From assembly GCA_041649175.1 (NCBI GenBank), contig JBAZNR010000001.1, forward strand, positions 450,332-514,331: 64,000 nucleotides of DNA. Reading direction: 5' to 3'. Under the pieces are notes generated by a model. The model made no database searches and was not told the DNA's origin. It saw only the letters and a program-made list of their open reading frames with translations. Position numbers and translations under genes: made by a program. Below, piece after piece: positions 27,298 through 40,445 of this stretch. The stretch is from Candidatus Omnitrophota bacterium (GTDB lineage Bacteria > Omnitrophota > Gorgyraeia > Zapsychrales > JBAZNR01). Position 1 is the stretch's first letter, and each line of letters starts with the position of its first letter.

Positions 27298-27889
27298 GTT
27301 TCTTGCAAACCTTTTTAATTTCCCGAAGGATAAAATTTTTCTCAACCAAATGCAGATCTTCGTCGGCTGCTTTGTGGATTTGTTCGCTTTCCGCGCGCAC
27401 GTGATGGCGCAAAAGGCACATAAGATACGTCCCTTTTTCTTTGAGCTGTTCGATGATCTCAAAACGCCTGTTTTCCGTTTTGGCGTTTTTTAACTGCTCA
27501 AATAGCACAATAAATGATCTTAAATTAGATTTAAACTCTCGGTGGTCGATCTTGAAAATCTTAATGGCCGGGCTAAGCCGCGGAATATGGGTGGCGACGA
27601 ACGGAAAAAGGATGCGCTCATCGAGATCCATGTGCGGCAACAATGTTTTTTGGAAGAATTTTAAAATTTCCGCTATGCTTTTGATGTTGCGCCCTAAAGA
27701 AACTTTGCCTTCATAACGTAAATTGACCAAAAACTGCAGAAGTTGTTGGGATTTTTTTAAGACCTCTTTATGACAATGTTCTAAAGATGTGGTCACGCCT
27801 ACGCGATTTTTATGCACCATAAAAAAGCCGCTCCTATTTTTCGTAACATTATAAGAGACAGTGTGTTTTGTGTCTGTGATATCCATCAC
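27278..27889 (-). CDS. Hemerythrin-like (HHE cation-binding) domain protein (tentative)
   Basis: 203 aa with several His/Glu-containing helical segments (…LEHCHKEV…HMDLDERILFP…HREF…RHHVRAESEQIH…) consistent with a hemerythrin-like fold. The assignment is weak and the start is uncertain. It overlaps the hemA start by 20 nt. Confidence 0.4.
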   Translation of the reverse strand: MMDITDTKHTVSYNVTKNRSGFFMVHKNRVGVTTSLEHCHKEVLKKSQQLLQFLVNLRYEGKVSLGRNIKSIAEILKFFQKTLLPHMDLDERILFPFVATHIPRLSPAIKIFKIDHREFKSNLRSFIVLFEQLKNAKTENRRFEIIEQLKEKGTYLMCLLRHHVRAESEQIHKAADEDLHLVEKNFILREIKKVCKKHDPLRN

Positions 27890-27920
27890 ATAAACCTAAA
27901 ATCTTGTTTTTTCCATAAAC

Positions 27921-28619
27921 TTAAGAAAGGTGTTTTTCCAGGCCGTTTTTGTTAAGAATAACGATCTGCTTTGGTTTGATCTCGATCAATTTCTTGCGTT
28001 TAAATTCATGCAGGTGGCGGGCGACTGTTTCGCGGCTTGAGCCGATACGATGGGCTATTTCTTCCCGGGTAAAGGGAAGAGAGACAAGGTTTTCTTGAGT
28101 ACGTAAAGCGACATTATTACCGTGTAGGTCCAAAAGGAATTTCGCCAGCCTTTTTTTGGTATCGTCCAATGATACTTTTTCGATCAAAGAACTGAATTTC
28201 GATAGGCGTTCGGCAAAGATCCGGTTTAGAGTATGCGTGAGCTGCGAGCTGACCTTAACTAAGCGAACATAATCTTCCCGGGATAAAAACCATACCTGAC
28301 ACGTCGTTAGGGCTTCGGCGGAAGAGGAACAGCACCACTGCGTCGCCCCGGGATTACAAGCACACGTATCTCCGCCTTCCAAAACCTCCAGGATCTGTTC
28401 CCGGCCGGATGATGCCGTACGAAAAACCTTAACCCTGCCGGAGCGAATAACAAAGACACGCTCACAAGGCTTGCTGTCATAAAACAAGAGCTCGCCTTTT
28501 TCATATATCTTTTCTTTGATGCAGGATCGTAAAAGTTTAAGCTCTTTAGAAGAAAGGCCCCGGAAAAGGCCGATATCTTTTAAGGCAGGAGAGAAAGATT
28601 TCTTATCGTGGTTTGACAT
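27921..28619 (-). CDS. Crp/Fnr-family transcriptional regulator (cNMP-binding domain + C-terminal HTH)
   Basis: 232 aa. A beta-roll effector domain is followed by the HTH 'REEIAHRIGSSRETVARHLHEFKRK'. An unusual Cys cluster 'GDTCACNPGATQWCC' lies in the effector domain. Confidence 0.85.
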   Translation of the reverse strand: MSNHDKKSFSPALKDIGLFRGLSSKELKLLRSCIKEKIYEKGELLFYDSKPCERVFVIRSGRVKVFRTASSGREQILEVLEGGDTCACNPGATQWCCSSSAEALTTCQVWFLSREDYVRLVKVSSQLTHTLNRIFAERLSKFSSLIEKVSLDDTKKRLAKFLLDLHGNNVALRTQENLVSLPFTREEIAHRIGSSRETVARHLHEFKRKKLIEIKPKQIVILNKNGLEKHLS

Positions 28620-28873
28620 AATTTTTTAGCGGTCTTTATCCTACTATTGAAATATGTAATTTTCAATTATTTTTCTGTATGTTTTTCTTCTCGATCCGTC
28701 GATAAGTTTTGCGTAAATTCACACACTGCGTTCATAGATTTTCACAAAGATTTAACAATACCGTCACACATATTTCTCACCAACACGGTATTTTAAAGGC
28801 ACTTTATCTTTTTATGGTTTGATAAATTTTCTTGGGCCTGTTTTCGCAGAAAACAGGCCCGATTTAAACCTTG

Positions 28874-28903
28874 TTGACAAAAGGAAGCCCAAAAGCATAC
28901 AAT
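28874..28903 (+). promoter_or_regulatory. Candidate sigma70 promoter (TTGACA-18-TACAAT) for the ppx-ppk1 operon
   Basis: The sequence ttgTTGACAaaaggaagcccaaaagcaTACAATagg lies ~80 nt upstream of the ppx ATG. Confidence 0.4.
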
Positions 28904-28985
28904 AGGGGACATTTTAAATCCTCCGTTTTTTCATCCGAGAAAACCCGGGCAAAAATAATAAAAACCTCAAAAAAGAACTTTTTTC

Positions 28986-30539
28986 ATGAAAGACGATAAG
29001 ATCATCCGTAGCGGCGTTATCGACATCGGAACCCATTCCATCAAGCTTTTGATCGCCGAAGGAAATAACGGCGATATTAAGATCCTGGAATCCTTAAAGA
29101 ACGTGGCCGCCTTAGGCCGGGATACGTTCTTGAAAGAACGATTCTCCCAGGAAAGCATCAACCGCACCATTGCGATCTTGGATAAATACGCCAATACCCT
29201 TAAAGAATACGACATTACCAATCCACGGGTCATTGCCACCACCGCTGTCCGCGAAGCGAGGAATAAAGATGTCTTTATAGACGCCGTTCAGCGTAAAACC
29301 GGATTTAACGTTGAGGTTTTAACCGTCGGAGACGTCGTTTATTATATCGACGCTTATATCTATCATCGGCTCAAAGATAAATACCCTCTTCACGAAAAAA
29401 ATCTCCTGATCGCCGAACCGGGCGCGGGAAGTTTTGACATCTCCCTTATGGCGCAAGGATTTACTTTGATGAACGCGGGGCTTCCCTTAGGGACCATGCG
29501 CTTAAAGCAATTGATCAATAAACTTGACGGCAGTTTCCAGGAAAATTATGAAGCCTTAAAAGAAAGCGTAGAGAACGAACTGGCGTATTTGCGCCGCAGT
29601 ATGCCGCCTTTGGCCATTGACGATATTATTCTCATTGATGAAAATTATTCACCTTACCTAGATAAGATCCTCGCTAACAAAGGCCTCGGTGAAAGCTTCT
29701 TCCAGCTCAGTCAAGATGACACCAAACAACTTTTAAGCCATTTAATGGACAAAAAAGTTGACGAGATCGTCAGCGACTACAAAGTTCCGCTCGAAACGGC
29801 CGAATCGTTTATGGAATACGCCATTATCCTTAACGCCGTTGTCGAATTGGCTCAAAACAAAAATATCTATATTCTTAAAACATCTTTGGCCGAAGCTATC
29901 TTAGCCAATGAAATATTAGGGTATGACATTTCCCAGAAATACAATAAGGGAAATCAGCTTATTTCTATGGCGCACGCCCTTTGCCGTAAATATAACGTCG
30001 ATCTTAATCATGCTCATCAGGTTGCGCGGTTATCCGATAAATTATTTGACGCCTTTAAAGACCTTCTGGGGCTTAAAAAAACAGAATCTTTGTATTTAAC
30101 TTTGGCGTCCTATTTACATGATATCGGCATGTTCATTTATAACCGCGCGCATCATAAACATTCCGAATATATTATTAACTCCTTGAATTTCTTCCGCCTG
30201 ACAGAAGAAGAAATAAAGATCATCGCCTGCGTGGCGCGTTATCACCGTCGGGGAAATCCGTCAGACACACATCTTCTTTACCAATCGCTCCCCAGAAAAG
30301 AACAGATCTTGGTCCAAAAACTAAGCTCTCTTTTAAAAGTCGCCAACTCTTTAGACCGTTCTCATAAACAAAAAGCAAAAGACATTGAGATAAAACTTAA
30401 CCGCCTGCAGGATATCTCTTTGATCGTTACCGTTGACGGCAGTTTTATTTTAGAAAAAGCGGAATTCGCGGAGAAAAAAGAGTTTTTAGAAGAAGCCTGC
30501 GGCAATAAGATCAGTTTAAAGATCAAATCAGCCTCCTAA
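28986..30539 (+). CDS. ppx: Exopolyphosphatase / guanosine pentaphosphate phosphohydrolase (Ppx/GppA) with C-terminal HD domain
   Basis: 517 aa. The N-terminus is an ASKHA fold (GVIDIGTHSIKLLIAE…), and the C-terminus is an HD domain (…YLHDIGMFIYNRAHHKHSEYII…). Confidence 0.9.
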   Translation: MKDDKIIRSGVIDIGTHSIKLLIAEGNNGDIKILESLKNVAALGRDTFLKERFSQESINRTIAILDKYANTLKEYDITNPRVIATTAVREARNKDVFIDAVQRKTGFNVEVLTVGDVVYYIDAYIYHRLKDKYPLHEKNLLIAEPGAGSFDISLMAQGFTLMNAGLPLGTMRLKQLINKLDGSFQENYEALKESVENELAYLRRSMPPLAIDDIILIDENYSPYLDKILANKGLGESFFQLSQDDTKQLLSHLMDKKVDEIVSDYKVPLETAESFMEYAIILNAVVELAQNKNIYILKTSLAEAILANEILGYDISQKYNKGNQLISMAHALCRKYNVDLNHAHQVARLSDKLFDAFKDLLGLKKTESLYLTLASYLHDIGMFIYNRAHHKHSEYIINSLNFFRLTEEEIKIIACVARYHRRGNPSDTHLLYQSLPRKEQILVQKLSSLLKVANSLDRSHKQKAKDIEIKLNRLQDISLIVTVDGSFILEKAEFAEKKEFLEEACGNKISLKIKSAS

Positions 30540-30542
30540 TTT

Positions 30543-32585
30543 ATGGATAATGCTCCCGAAAAAATATCTGATCCAAAAGAAAAATTCATTCACCGCGATA
30601 TCAGCTGGCTTTTGTTCAATGAGCGGGTCTTAGAAGAAGCGGAAGACCGCAATAACCCCTTGCTTGAACGCGTTAAATTTTTGGCTATTTTTGCCAATAA
30701 TCTCGACGAGTTTTTTATGGTCCGGGTGGCGGGCTTACGCCGGCTTTTAGATTCTGGATTTAATCAAAAAGACAATTTTGGTTATTACCCGCAAGAGCTA
30801 CTCGAAGAGGTTAAATCGCGTTCCGACGTCTTGCTTGCCCGATTTTATCAAACCTTTCAAAATGACATCCAAAAAGACTTAGAAAAAAATAAGATCTTTA
30901 TCAAAAAATACGCCCAGCTTAACGCGGAACAAAAAAAGGCCGTCCAACGTTATTTTGACGTCACCTTATATCCTATTGTAACGCCCATGGCGGTCGACCA
31001 AGGGCATCCTTTTCCGGTGCTTCACTCAAAAACAACCGCCTTTGGCGTTTATCTTAACCGGGCTAATGAACATTTTCTCGCTATTATCCCTGTCCCAAAA
31101 TCCATTCCGCGCCTCTTACGCCTTCCATCGGAAAAAGATGAATTTTGCTTTATCCTTATTGACGATATCATCCGGGAAAATCTTGAAATATTTTTCCGGG
31201 GATATACCATTTTGGGCAGTTTCGCGTTTCGCATTATTCGGGATAGTGAATTTTCCGGACAGGAAGAATACACATCTAATTTACTCACCGCCATCGCCGA
31301 TGAGATCAAAAAACGCCCCAAGGCCAGAGTCGTTTCTTTGCAAGTCGAAAAAAACCATCACCCGGAACTTTTAACTCTGCTTTACAAAGGCGTTGATTTC
31401 CCTCAAGAGCCCATCACCTTTATCGACGGTGATCTGGATATGACCTATCTTTTTGAATTGGTCAGCCAGAACATTAAACCGGCATTGCTTTTTAAAAGTT
31501 TTGTTCCTGCAGAAAAAACATACGAAGATATTTTTGAAGCCATCAAGGAAGGTGATTTTATCGTTCATCTCCCCTATCAATCTTTCCAGCCGACCATTGA
31601 CCTTTTGCGCTCAGCCGCAAGAGATAAAAATGTCTTGGCTATCAAAATGACTCTTTATCGCGCGGATGAAGATTCCGCCATTATCAAGGCCTTGATCGAG
31701 GCGGCCAAAAATAAAAAACAAGTGACGGTCTTAGTAGAGATCAAGGCTCGTTTTGACGAAGAAAAGAATATCACCTGGACCAAAGAATTGGAATCTGTCG
31801 GTTGCCATGTTATTTATGGGTTATCGGGAATAAAGATCCACTCTAAAATGACCTTGATCGTCCGCAAAGAAGAAAGCGGCATTCAACGCTATGTTCATTT
31901 ATCGACGGGAAATTACAATGAAAAAACCGCCCGTATCTATACGGATATCGGATATTTTACCGCCAATGAAGATACCGCCAAAGACGTGGCGGATATTTTT
32001 AACGTCATTACCGGTTATTCGCTCCCGTCGCGATGGAGAAGGATCGTTTCCTCCCCGAGAGACTTGCGGGAATATTTCTTTGAACTGATCGATAAAGAAA
32101 TTGCCTTTCAGAAAAAATACAAAACCGGATTTATTTTTGCCAAAATGAACTCTTTAGAAGATGTTAAGCTTATTGAAAAACTCTACGAGGCCTCCCGAGC
32201 GGGAGTTAAAATACAACTGATTGTCCGCGGCATCTGCTGTTTGGTTCCCAACGTGGAAGGGCTAAGCGAAAATATAGAGGTCAGAAGCATCGTCGGAAGA
32301 TTTTTAGAACATTCCCGTTTGTACTATTTCCATAATAACGGGACCTACCGCACCTTCATCTCTTCAGCAGACTGGATGAGGCGGAATTTTGATAATCGCG
32401 TAGAGCTTTTATTCGAAATTTACAATGATAAGATCAAAGAGCATTTTAAGAATATTTTGGAACGATACTGGGCCGGACAAATAAAATCCCGGATCTTAAC
32501 ATCAAAACGAAACTACCTGCACACCCCTGTTTATCAAAACGACGTTAACGCTCAAGAAGATCTGATCAAATCTCATGGCTTATGA
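30543..32585 (+). CDS. ppk: Polyphosphate kinase 1
   Basis: 680 aa. PPK1 N, H (autophosphorylated His region) and C1/C2 PLD-like domains are present (…IHSKMTLIVRKE…). Confidence 0.95.
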   Translation: MDNAPEKISDPKEKFIHRDISWLLFNERVLEEAEDRNNPLLERVKFLAIFANNLDEFFMVRVAGLRRLLDSGFNQKDNFGYYPQELLEEVKSRSDVLLARFYQTFQNDIQKDLEKNKIFIKKYAQLNAEQKKAVQRYFDVTLYPIVTPMAVDQGHPFPVLHSKTTAFGVYLNRANEHFLAIIPVPKSIPRLLRLPSEKDEFCFILIDDIIRENLEIFFRGYTILGSFAFRIIRDSEFSGQEEYTSNLLTAIADEIKKRPKARVVSLQVEKNHHPELLTLLYKGVDFPQEPITFIDGDLDMTYLFELVSQNIKPALLFKSFVPAEKTYEDIFEAIKEGDFIVHLPYQSFQPTIDLLRSAARDKNVLAIKMTLYRADEDSAIIKALIEAAKNKKQVTVLVEIKARFDEEKNITWTKELESVGCHVIYGLSGIKIHSKMTLIVRKEESGIQRYVHLSTGNYNEKTARIYTDIGYFTANEDTAKDVADIFNVITGYSLPSRWRRIVSSPRDLREYFFELIDKEIAFQKKYKTGFIFAKMNSLEDVKLIEKLYEASRAGVKIQLIVRGICCLVPNVEGLSENIEVRSIVGRFLEHSRLYYFHNNGTYRTFISSADWMRRNFDNRVELLFEIYNDKIKEHFKNILERYWAGQIKSRILTSKRNYLHTPVYQNDVNAQEDLIKSHGL

Positions 32586-33454
32586 ACTTCCCCGGACCCA
32601 AAGCCCGTCTAGCGCTTTTTGTTTCTTGCTACGTTGAAAATATCTTAAAAGAGTCTTCGGCTGTCAAAATATCCCAAGGAATAGATTCTCTCCACCGGAT
32701 GCGCATCTCATCGCGCCGTCTTCGTTGCGCTCTGAAAATATTTAAGGCATTGTATCCGCAGAAGAAAATCAAAGAATGGTTAAAGCCTTTACGCCGATTA
32801 GGAAAATCTTTAGGAAAGGCCCGCCAAATAGATGTTCAGCTTCGTTTTCTTTCTCTTTTGAAGAAAAAATCCAAAGATCCTGCTATTTTGATGGAAATAG
32901 AGAATACCGTTCCTCTTTTAAGAAGAAAACGCCAAGCGGCTCAGAAAGGAATACTGTCCACCCTAAAACTCGTCGAGAAAAAAGGCACGTTTTTAGAGAT
33001 ACAAAATTATCTCCGAGGCTTATCGCATCAAAAATACAAAGAAGATGCGGACAATAAGGAAATATTCTTAGAGCGATCAGGAAATATCCTTAAAAAGAAG
33101 GCCCGTAAAATACTTTCTTTTGAACCGCTGATCAATTCTCCCCAAAACACAAAAGAACTTCATCAAATGCGTATTGCGGTAAAAAATCTGCGTTATTCTT
33201 TAGAGCTATTCAATCCGATCTTTAAAAATAAATTCGACGCCTTCATTCCTGTGATGATCGATATTCAGGATATTCTCGGCGATTTTCACGAATATGATGT
33301 TTGGGTGGATTTTTGTCATACAACATCTTCTCGCGCTCATCTTAAAGCGGTATGTGAGGCGCTTCGAGCAGATCGCTACCGTCAATTCCTATTGTTATGG
33401 AAAGATCTAAAGAATAAAAAAATATGGGCTCATTTACAAAAAGCAATTCTTTAA
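32582..33454 (+). CDS. CHAD domain protein (polyphosphate-associated)
   Basis: 290 aa. A basic helical protein with the CHAD signature 'LHRMRISSRRLRCALKIF' and a second 'LHQMRIAVKNLRYSLELF'. It overlaps the ppk stop by 4 nt. Confidence 0.8.
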   Translation: MNFPGPKARLALFVSCYVENILKESSAVKISQGIDSLHRMRISSRRLRCALKIFKALYPQKKIKEWLKPLRRLGKSLGKARQIDVQLRFLSLLKKKSKDPAILMEIENTVPLLRRKRQAAQKGILSTLKLVEKKGTFLEIQNYLRGLSHQKYKEDADNKEIFLERSGNILKKKARKILSFEPLINSPQNTKELHQMRIAVKNLRYSLELFNPIFKNKFDAFIPVMIDIQDILGDFHEYDVWVDFCHTTSSRAHLKAVCEALRADRYRQFLLLWKDLKNKKIWAHLQKAIL

Positions 33455-34053
33455 GAAAAACTCTTTTGTTTGCAAAAGCTTGCCGTTATGAAAAAGGGCA
33501 TTCACAGCAAGTTGCCAGAATTTCCGTAAAGATCTTCGATACTTTAAAGCCTTGGCACAAGCTAGGAAACACCGAGCGAAGCTGGCTTCAAGCGGCCGCG
33601 CTGCTACACGATATCGGATGGAGCCAAGGGCGGCAAGGGCATCACAAAGCCTCGATGGAAATGATTATCAAAACAACACAGTTGTCTTTTGAAGAAAATG
33701 AGCGAATACTCGTCGGGCTTATCGCGCGTTATCATCGTAAAAGCCTTCCTAAAGATTCGCATAAATACTATTCAGATCTTAACGGCGCGACAAAAAGATT
33801 GGTCTGTATTTTGTCATCTTTCTTGCGCATAGCTGACGGGTTAGATAGAAGCCACGGCTGCAGAGTTAAAAATTTACGTTGTGAAATTCTTTCCGATGAG
33901 ATCATTACCCATATCAAGACGCGAGAATTATCTGAAGAAGATTGTCAGGCTGGCGAGAAAAAATCAGACCTTTTAGAGAAAGTCTTGGAGAAAAAAGTTC
34001 GTTTGGTTTGGGAAGTTATGAATGACAGACTAGAGCAACGCTCCCTAAAATAA
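33424..34053 (+). CDS. Stand-alone HD-domain phosphohydrolase, paralogous to the C-terminal HD domain of Ppx/GppA
   Basis: 209 aa. The sequence '…HSQQVARISVKIFDTL…LLHDIGWSQGRQGHHKASMEMII…IARYHRKSLP' parallels the ppx C-terminal HD region. It overlaps the CHAD gene by 31 nt in another frame. Confidence 0.7.
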   Translation: MGSFTKSNSLRKTLLFAKACRYEKGHSQQVARISVKIFDTLKPWHKLGNTERSWLQAAALLHDIGWSQGRQGHHKASMEMIIKTTQLSFEENERILVGLIARYHRKSLPKDSHKYYSDLNGATKRLVCILSSFLRIADGLDRSHGCRVKNLRCEILSDEIITHIKTRELSEEDCQAGEKKSDLLEKVLEKKVRLVWEVMNDRLEQRSLK

Positions 34054-34975
34054 TAGCGTCGTCGCCCAACGTTGAAACCACCACCGGGCATTTGTTCAAT
34101 CCTTTTAAAAGCTTATCGCTGCTAAAGGTTTTTTTAATGATAGGGATCATGAACGAGCCGCAGGCCTCCACAACACCTCCACCTAAGATAATGATTTCCG
34201 GATCAAAAACATGCCGAAGCGAAATACAGGCAAGGCCTAAAACACGGGAAACATCTTTCATGATCCGCACCACAACAGGATCTTGGGCTTTTAAGGCCCG
34301 CGCGATCATTTTACTTTTTATGGATCTATTGTCTTTTTCTAAAAAGCGCTTGATCACTGTCCGGTGCCCATCGGAAATAGCTTTCTTGATCTCTTTTTCA
34401 ATAGCCCAACGGCCGACAAAAGCCTCTAGGCATCCTTTATTGCCGCAGTTGCATAGCGGCCCATCATTCTCGACGATCATATGCCCGATCTCACAAGCCG
34501 CTCCGTGAGCGCCTAAAAACAATTTTCCGTCCACAAGCACTCCGGCTCCTAGCCCTGTTCCGACAAAAAGACTAACGGCATTTTTATACGCACGGGCGGC
34601 TCCCAGCCATTTCTCCCCGAGTAATCCTAAGTTAACATCATTTCCGGCGGCAATTCTTACAGGATATTCTTTCTTTAGATCTTTTACTAAATCAAATCCG
34701 GAAAGCTCCATATTGGGTGTTTTCACGATCTTGCCTGACGGCGCAATAATTCCCGGGATCCCTAAACCTATTCCTGCAATATTCTTGACACTTAGTTTCT
34801 GGCTATAGATAAGGTCATCAATAATGTCTTTCAGGATCTGGGTGACTTTTTTAGGAGAGGAATTTTTAGGAGTGGAAATCTTTTCGCGGTTTAAGATTTT
34901 TCCGTTTTGGGTTACGAGCCCGGCGAATATTTTCGTTCCGCCGATATCAATGCCGATATAGAACTTATTAGGCAT
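34016..34975 (-). CDS. ROK-family sugar kinase (glucokinase; possibly polyphosphate/ATP-glucokinase)
   Basis: 319 aa. The N-terminus is 'YIGIDIGGTKIFAGLV', and the ROK zinc motif is 'CNCGNKGCLEAF'. It is convergent with the polyP cluster. Confidence 0.85.
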   Translation of the reverse strand: MPNKFYIGIDIGGTKIFAGLVTQNGKILNREKISTPKNSSPKKVTQILKDIIDDLIYSQKLSVKNIAGIGLGIPGIIAPSGKIVKTPNMELSGFDLVKDLKKEYPVRIAAGNDVNLGLLGEKWLGAARAYKNAVSLFVGTGLGAGVLVDGKLFLGAHGAACEIGHMIVENDGPLCNCGNKGCLEAFVGRWAIEKEIKKAISDGHRTVIKRFLEKDNRSIKSKMIARALKAQDPVVVRIMKDVSRVLGLACISLRHVFDPEIIILGGGVVEACGSFMIPIIKKTFSSDKLLKGLNKCPVVVSTLGDDAIILGSVALVCHS

Positions 34976-35007
34976 ATTTTAAAAACCTCAAAAAAGAAAA
35001 TAAAAAG

Positions 35008-35081
35008 TGACCCCAGCGGGATTTGAACCCGCGTCGCGAGCTTGAAAAGCTCGTGTCCTAACCAGGCTGGACGATGGGGTC
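35008..35081 (-). tRNA. tRNA-Glu (anticodon TTC)
   Basis: The reverse complement GACCCCATCGTCCAGCCTGGTTAGGACACGAGCTTTTCAAGCTCGCGACGCGGGTTCAAATCCCGCTGGGGTCA folds as a cloverleaf: 7-bp acceptor stem, anticodon stem CGAGC/GCTCG, loop TTTTCAA. No CCA is encoded. Confidence 0.85.
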
Positions 35082-35149
35082 AGCAACTAAAACTCCGATA
35101 TTATACTGACAAATATTTGTTCGTAAAGAGATTTTTCTTAAGCGGAAAT

Positions 35150-37603
35150 TTATTCTTCTTCCGCGGCAATAATATTAGCGACAGAGCTGACAATATCATC
35201 TTTGGCTAAACTCATCAACCGCACGCCTTGGGTATTTCGCCCCGATAGACGAATATCTTTAACCGAACAGCGCACCGTCATTCCTTGCTGGGTGACGGTC
35301 ATGATTTCATCGTCTTCGGTAGCAGTGGCAATACCGACCACATAGCCTGTTTTTGAAGCCACTTTGATATTGATGATCCCTTTGCCGCCGCGTGATTGCA
35401 TACGATAATCTTCGAAATTGCTGCGCTTGGCAAACCCTAAGGAAGTGACCGTTAAAATGGAGTTGCCGGTTTTCGCCACATCCGGCGGAAAAACCTGCAT
35501 CCCGACAACAATATCATCTTTTCCTAAATTGATCCCGCGCACTCCTTTGGCCCCGCGGCCCATATCGCGCACATAACTTTCCGGAAAACGAATGGCCTTG
35601 CCTTGTTTAGTGGCTAAAAGCACCTCGTCTTTTTCATTGCTGATCATTGTCCCGATCAGCTGATCGCCTTTTTCCAAGGTAATACCGACAATCCCGGATT
35701 TTCTGGGATTGCTGAACGCGGAAAGCTTTGTTTTCTTCACTAGCCCCTTGGCCGTGGTCATAATGATACACTGCTTATCACTAAATTCCTTAACCGCGAC
35801 AATAGAGCTAATGGCCTCGTCGCCAGAAAAACTCACCAAGTTAACAATGGCCTTGCCCTTGGCGCTGCGCGAAGCAATGGGAATTTCATAGGCTTTAAGC
35901 CAACGGACAACTCCCTTATTAGAAAAAATCAATAAGTAATCTTTAGAAGAAGCCACGAAGATCTGTTTTACAAAATCTTCTTCTTTGGTTTCCATGGCCG
36001 TAACGCCTTTGCCGCCGCGTTTTTGCTTTCGATAAGCATCAACCGGAAGCCTCTTGATATAGCCGGTATTGCTGATGGTAATAGCCATATCTTCTTCGGC
36101 GATCAAATCTTCCACTTCGATCTCTTCGGCCTTGCCGGCAATTTCGGTGCGGCGGTCGTCGGCAAATCTTTTTCTGACTTCCAGAAGTTCGCTTTTGATA
36201 ATTTCGTCGATTTTCTTAGGTGATGCAAGAATCGCGCGAAACGCATCAATATTCTTTAAAAGTTCTTTGTATTCGGCCTCGAGTTTATCTTGTTCAAGAG
36301 CCGTTAATTTCTGCAATTGCATTTCCAAAATGGATTGCGCTTGGATCTCGGAAAGTTCAAATTCCTTCATCAAGGCCTTTTTAGCCTCCAGAGTACTCTT
36401 AGAAGATTTGATAACTTTAATGATCTGATTAATGAATTTTAAGGCAATGCGCAATCCCTCTAAAATATGGGCGCGTTTCAATGCGCGGTCCAGGTCGAAT
36501 TGTGTCCGTCGACGAACGATCACGCGGCGATGGCCGATATAATAATCCATTAATTGTTTTAAATTAAGGACGCGCGGTGTTCCGTTCACCAAGGCCAGAT
36601 TGATAATGCCAAAGGTAACTTCCAACGGAGTATGTTTGTAGAGATAATTCAAAATAATTTGAGGTTCTACGTCGCGGCGAAGTTCGATCACCACACGAAT
36701 ACCGTCTTTATCCGATTCATCGCGGATATCGGTAATGCCTTCTACGCTTTTATCTTGGACTAAGCCGGCAATGGTTTCCACCAAATTAGCTTTATTGACC
36801 TGATAAGGAATTTCGGTGACGATAATAGAATCTTTATTTCCTTTTTGGCGTTCAATAGAGGCTTTAGCGCGCAAGGTGATCTTGCCGCGGCCATTATTGT
36901 AAGCATCCGCAATGCCTTCTCGCCCACAAATGATCCCACCCGTCGGAAAGTCCGGCCCCTTGACATATTTGGTAAGGTCTTTGATGGCGATTTCCGGGTC
37001 ATCTAAAAGGCAAACGATGCCGTCCACCACTTCTCCCAAATTATGCGGCGCCATATTAGTTGCCATACCGACCGCGATACCGCTGGAACCGTTCACTAAT
37101 AAATTAGGAATAGCGGAAGGCAAGATCTGCGGTTCTAAAAGCGTTGCGTCAAAATTGGGCGAAAAATCAACCGTCTCTTTTTCGATATCGGCCAACATCT
37201 CTCCGGCGATCGCTGACATACGGGCTTCCGTGTAGCGCATCGCCGCGGCCGAATCTCCGTCCACCGAACCAAAGTTTCCTTGTCCGTCCACCAAAGGATA
37301 CCGCAGAGAAAATTCTTGGACCATGCGCACCAACGTATCATAAACCGCCACGTCTCCGTGAGGATGATATTTACCTAAGACTTCCCCGACGATACGAGCG
37401 CTTTTTTTGTACGATTTATTGTGTTCCAAGCTCAGCTCTTTCATCGCGTATAAAACCCGCCGATGAACCGGCTTTAACCCGTCACGCACATCCGGAAGCG
37501 CGCGGCTAACGATAACGCTCATCGAATAGGACAGATACGAATTCTTCATTTCCTCTTCGATAGGAACGGGAACGATCTTCTCTTTTGCGGTAAAATCCTT
37601 CAT
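35150..37603 (-). CDS. gyrA: DNA gyrase subunit A
   Basis: 817 aa. The active-site region is '…[10 protein letters not shown]…', with a QRDR-like segment and a C-terminal beta-pinwheel. Confidence 0.97.
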   Translation of the reverse strand: MKDFTAKEKIVPVPIEEEMKNSYLSYSMSVIVSRALPDVRDGLKPVHRRVLYAMKELSLEHNKSYKKSARIVGEVLGKYHPHGDVAVYDTLVRMVQEFSLRYPLVDGQGNFGSVDGDSAAAMRYTEARMSAIAGEMLADIEKETVDFSPNFDATLLEPQILPSAIPNLLVNGSSGIAVGMATNMAPHNLGEVVDGIVCLLDDPEIAIKDLTKYVKGPDFPTGGIICGREGIADAYNNGRGKITLRAKASIERQKGNKDSIIVTEIPYQVNKANLVETIAGLVQDKSVEGITDIRDESDKDGIRVVIELRRDVEPQIILNYLYKHTPLEVTFGIINLALVNGTPRVLNLKQLMDYYIGHRRVIVRRRTQFDLDRALKRAHILEGLRIALKFINQIIKVIKSSKSTLEAKKALMKEFELSEIQAQSILEMQLQKLTALEQDKLEAEYKELLKNIDAFRAILASPKKIDEIIKSELLEVRKRFADDRRTEIAGKAEEIEVEDLIAEEDMAITISNTGYIKRLPVDAYRKQKRGGKGVTAMETKEEDFVKQIFVASSKDYLLIFSNKGVVRWLKAYEIPIASRSAKGKAIVNLVSFSGDEAISSIVAVKEFSDKQCIIMTTAKGLVKKTKLSAFSNPRKSGIVGITLEKGDQLIGTMISNEKDEVLLATKQGKAIRFPESYVRDMGRGAKGVRGINLGKDDIVVGMQVFPPDVAKTGNSILTVTSLGFAKRSNFEDYRMQSRGGKGIINIKVASKTGYVVGIATATEDDEIMTVTQQGMTVRCSVKDIRLSGRNTQGVRLMSLAKDDIVSSVANIIAAEEE

Positions 37604-37629
37604 GATGTTTTTTCGTCCTTTTTAAAAAA

Positions 37630-40442
<2,813 letters not shown>

Positions 40443-40445
40443 TAG

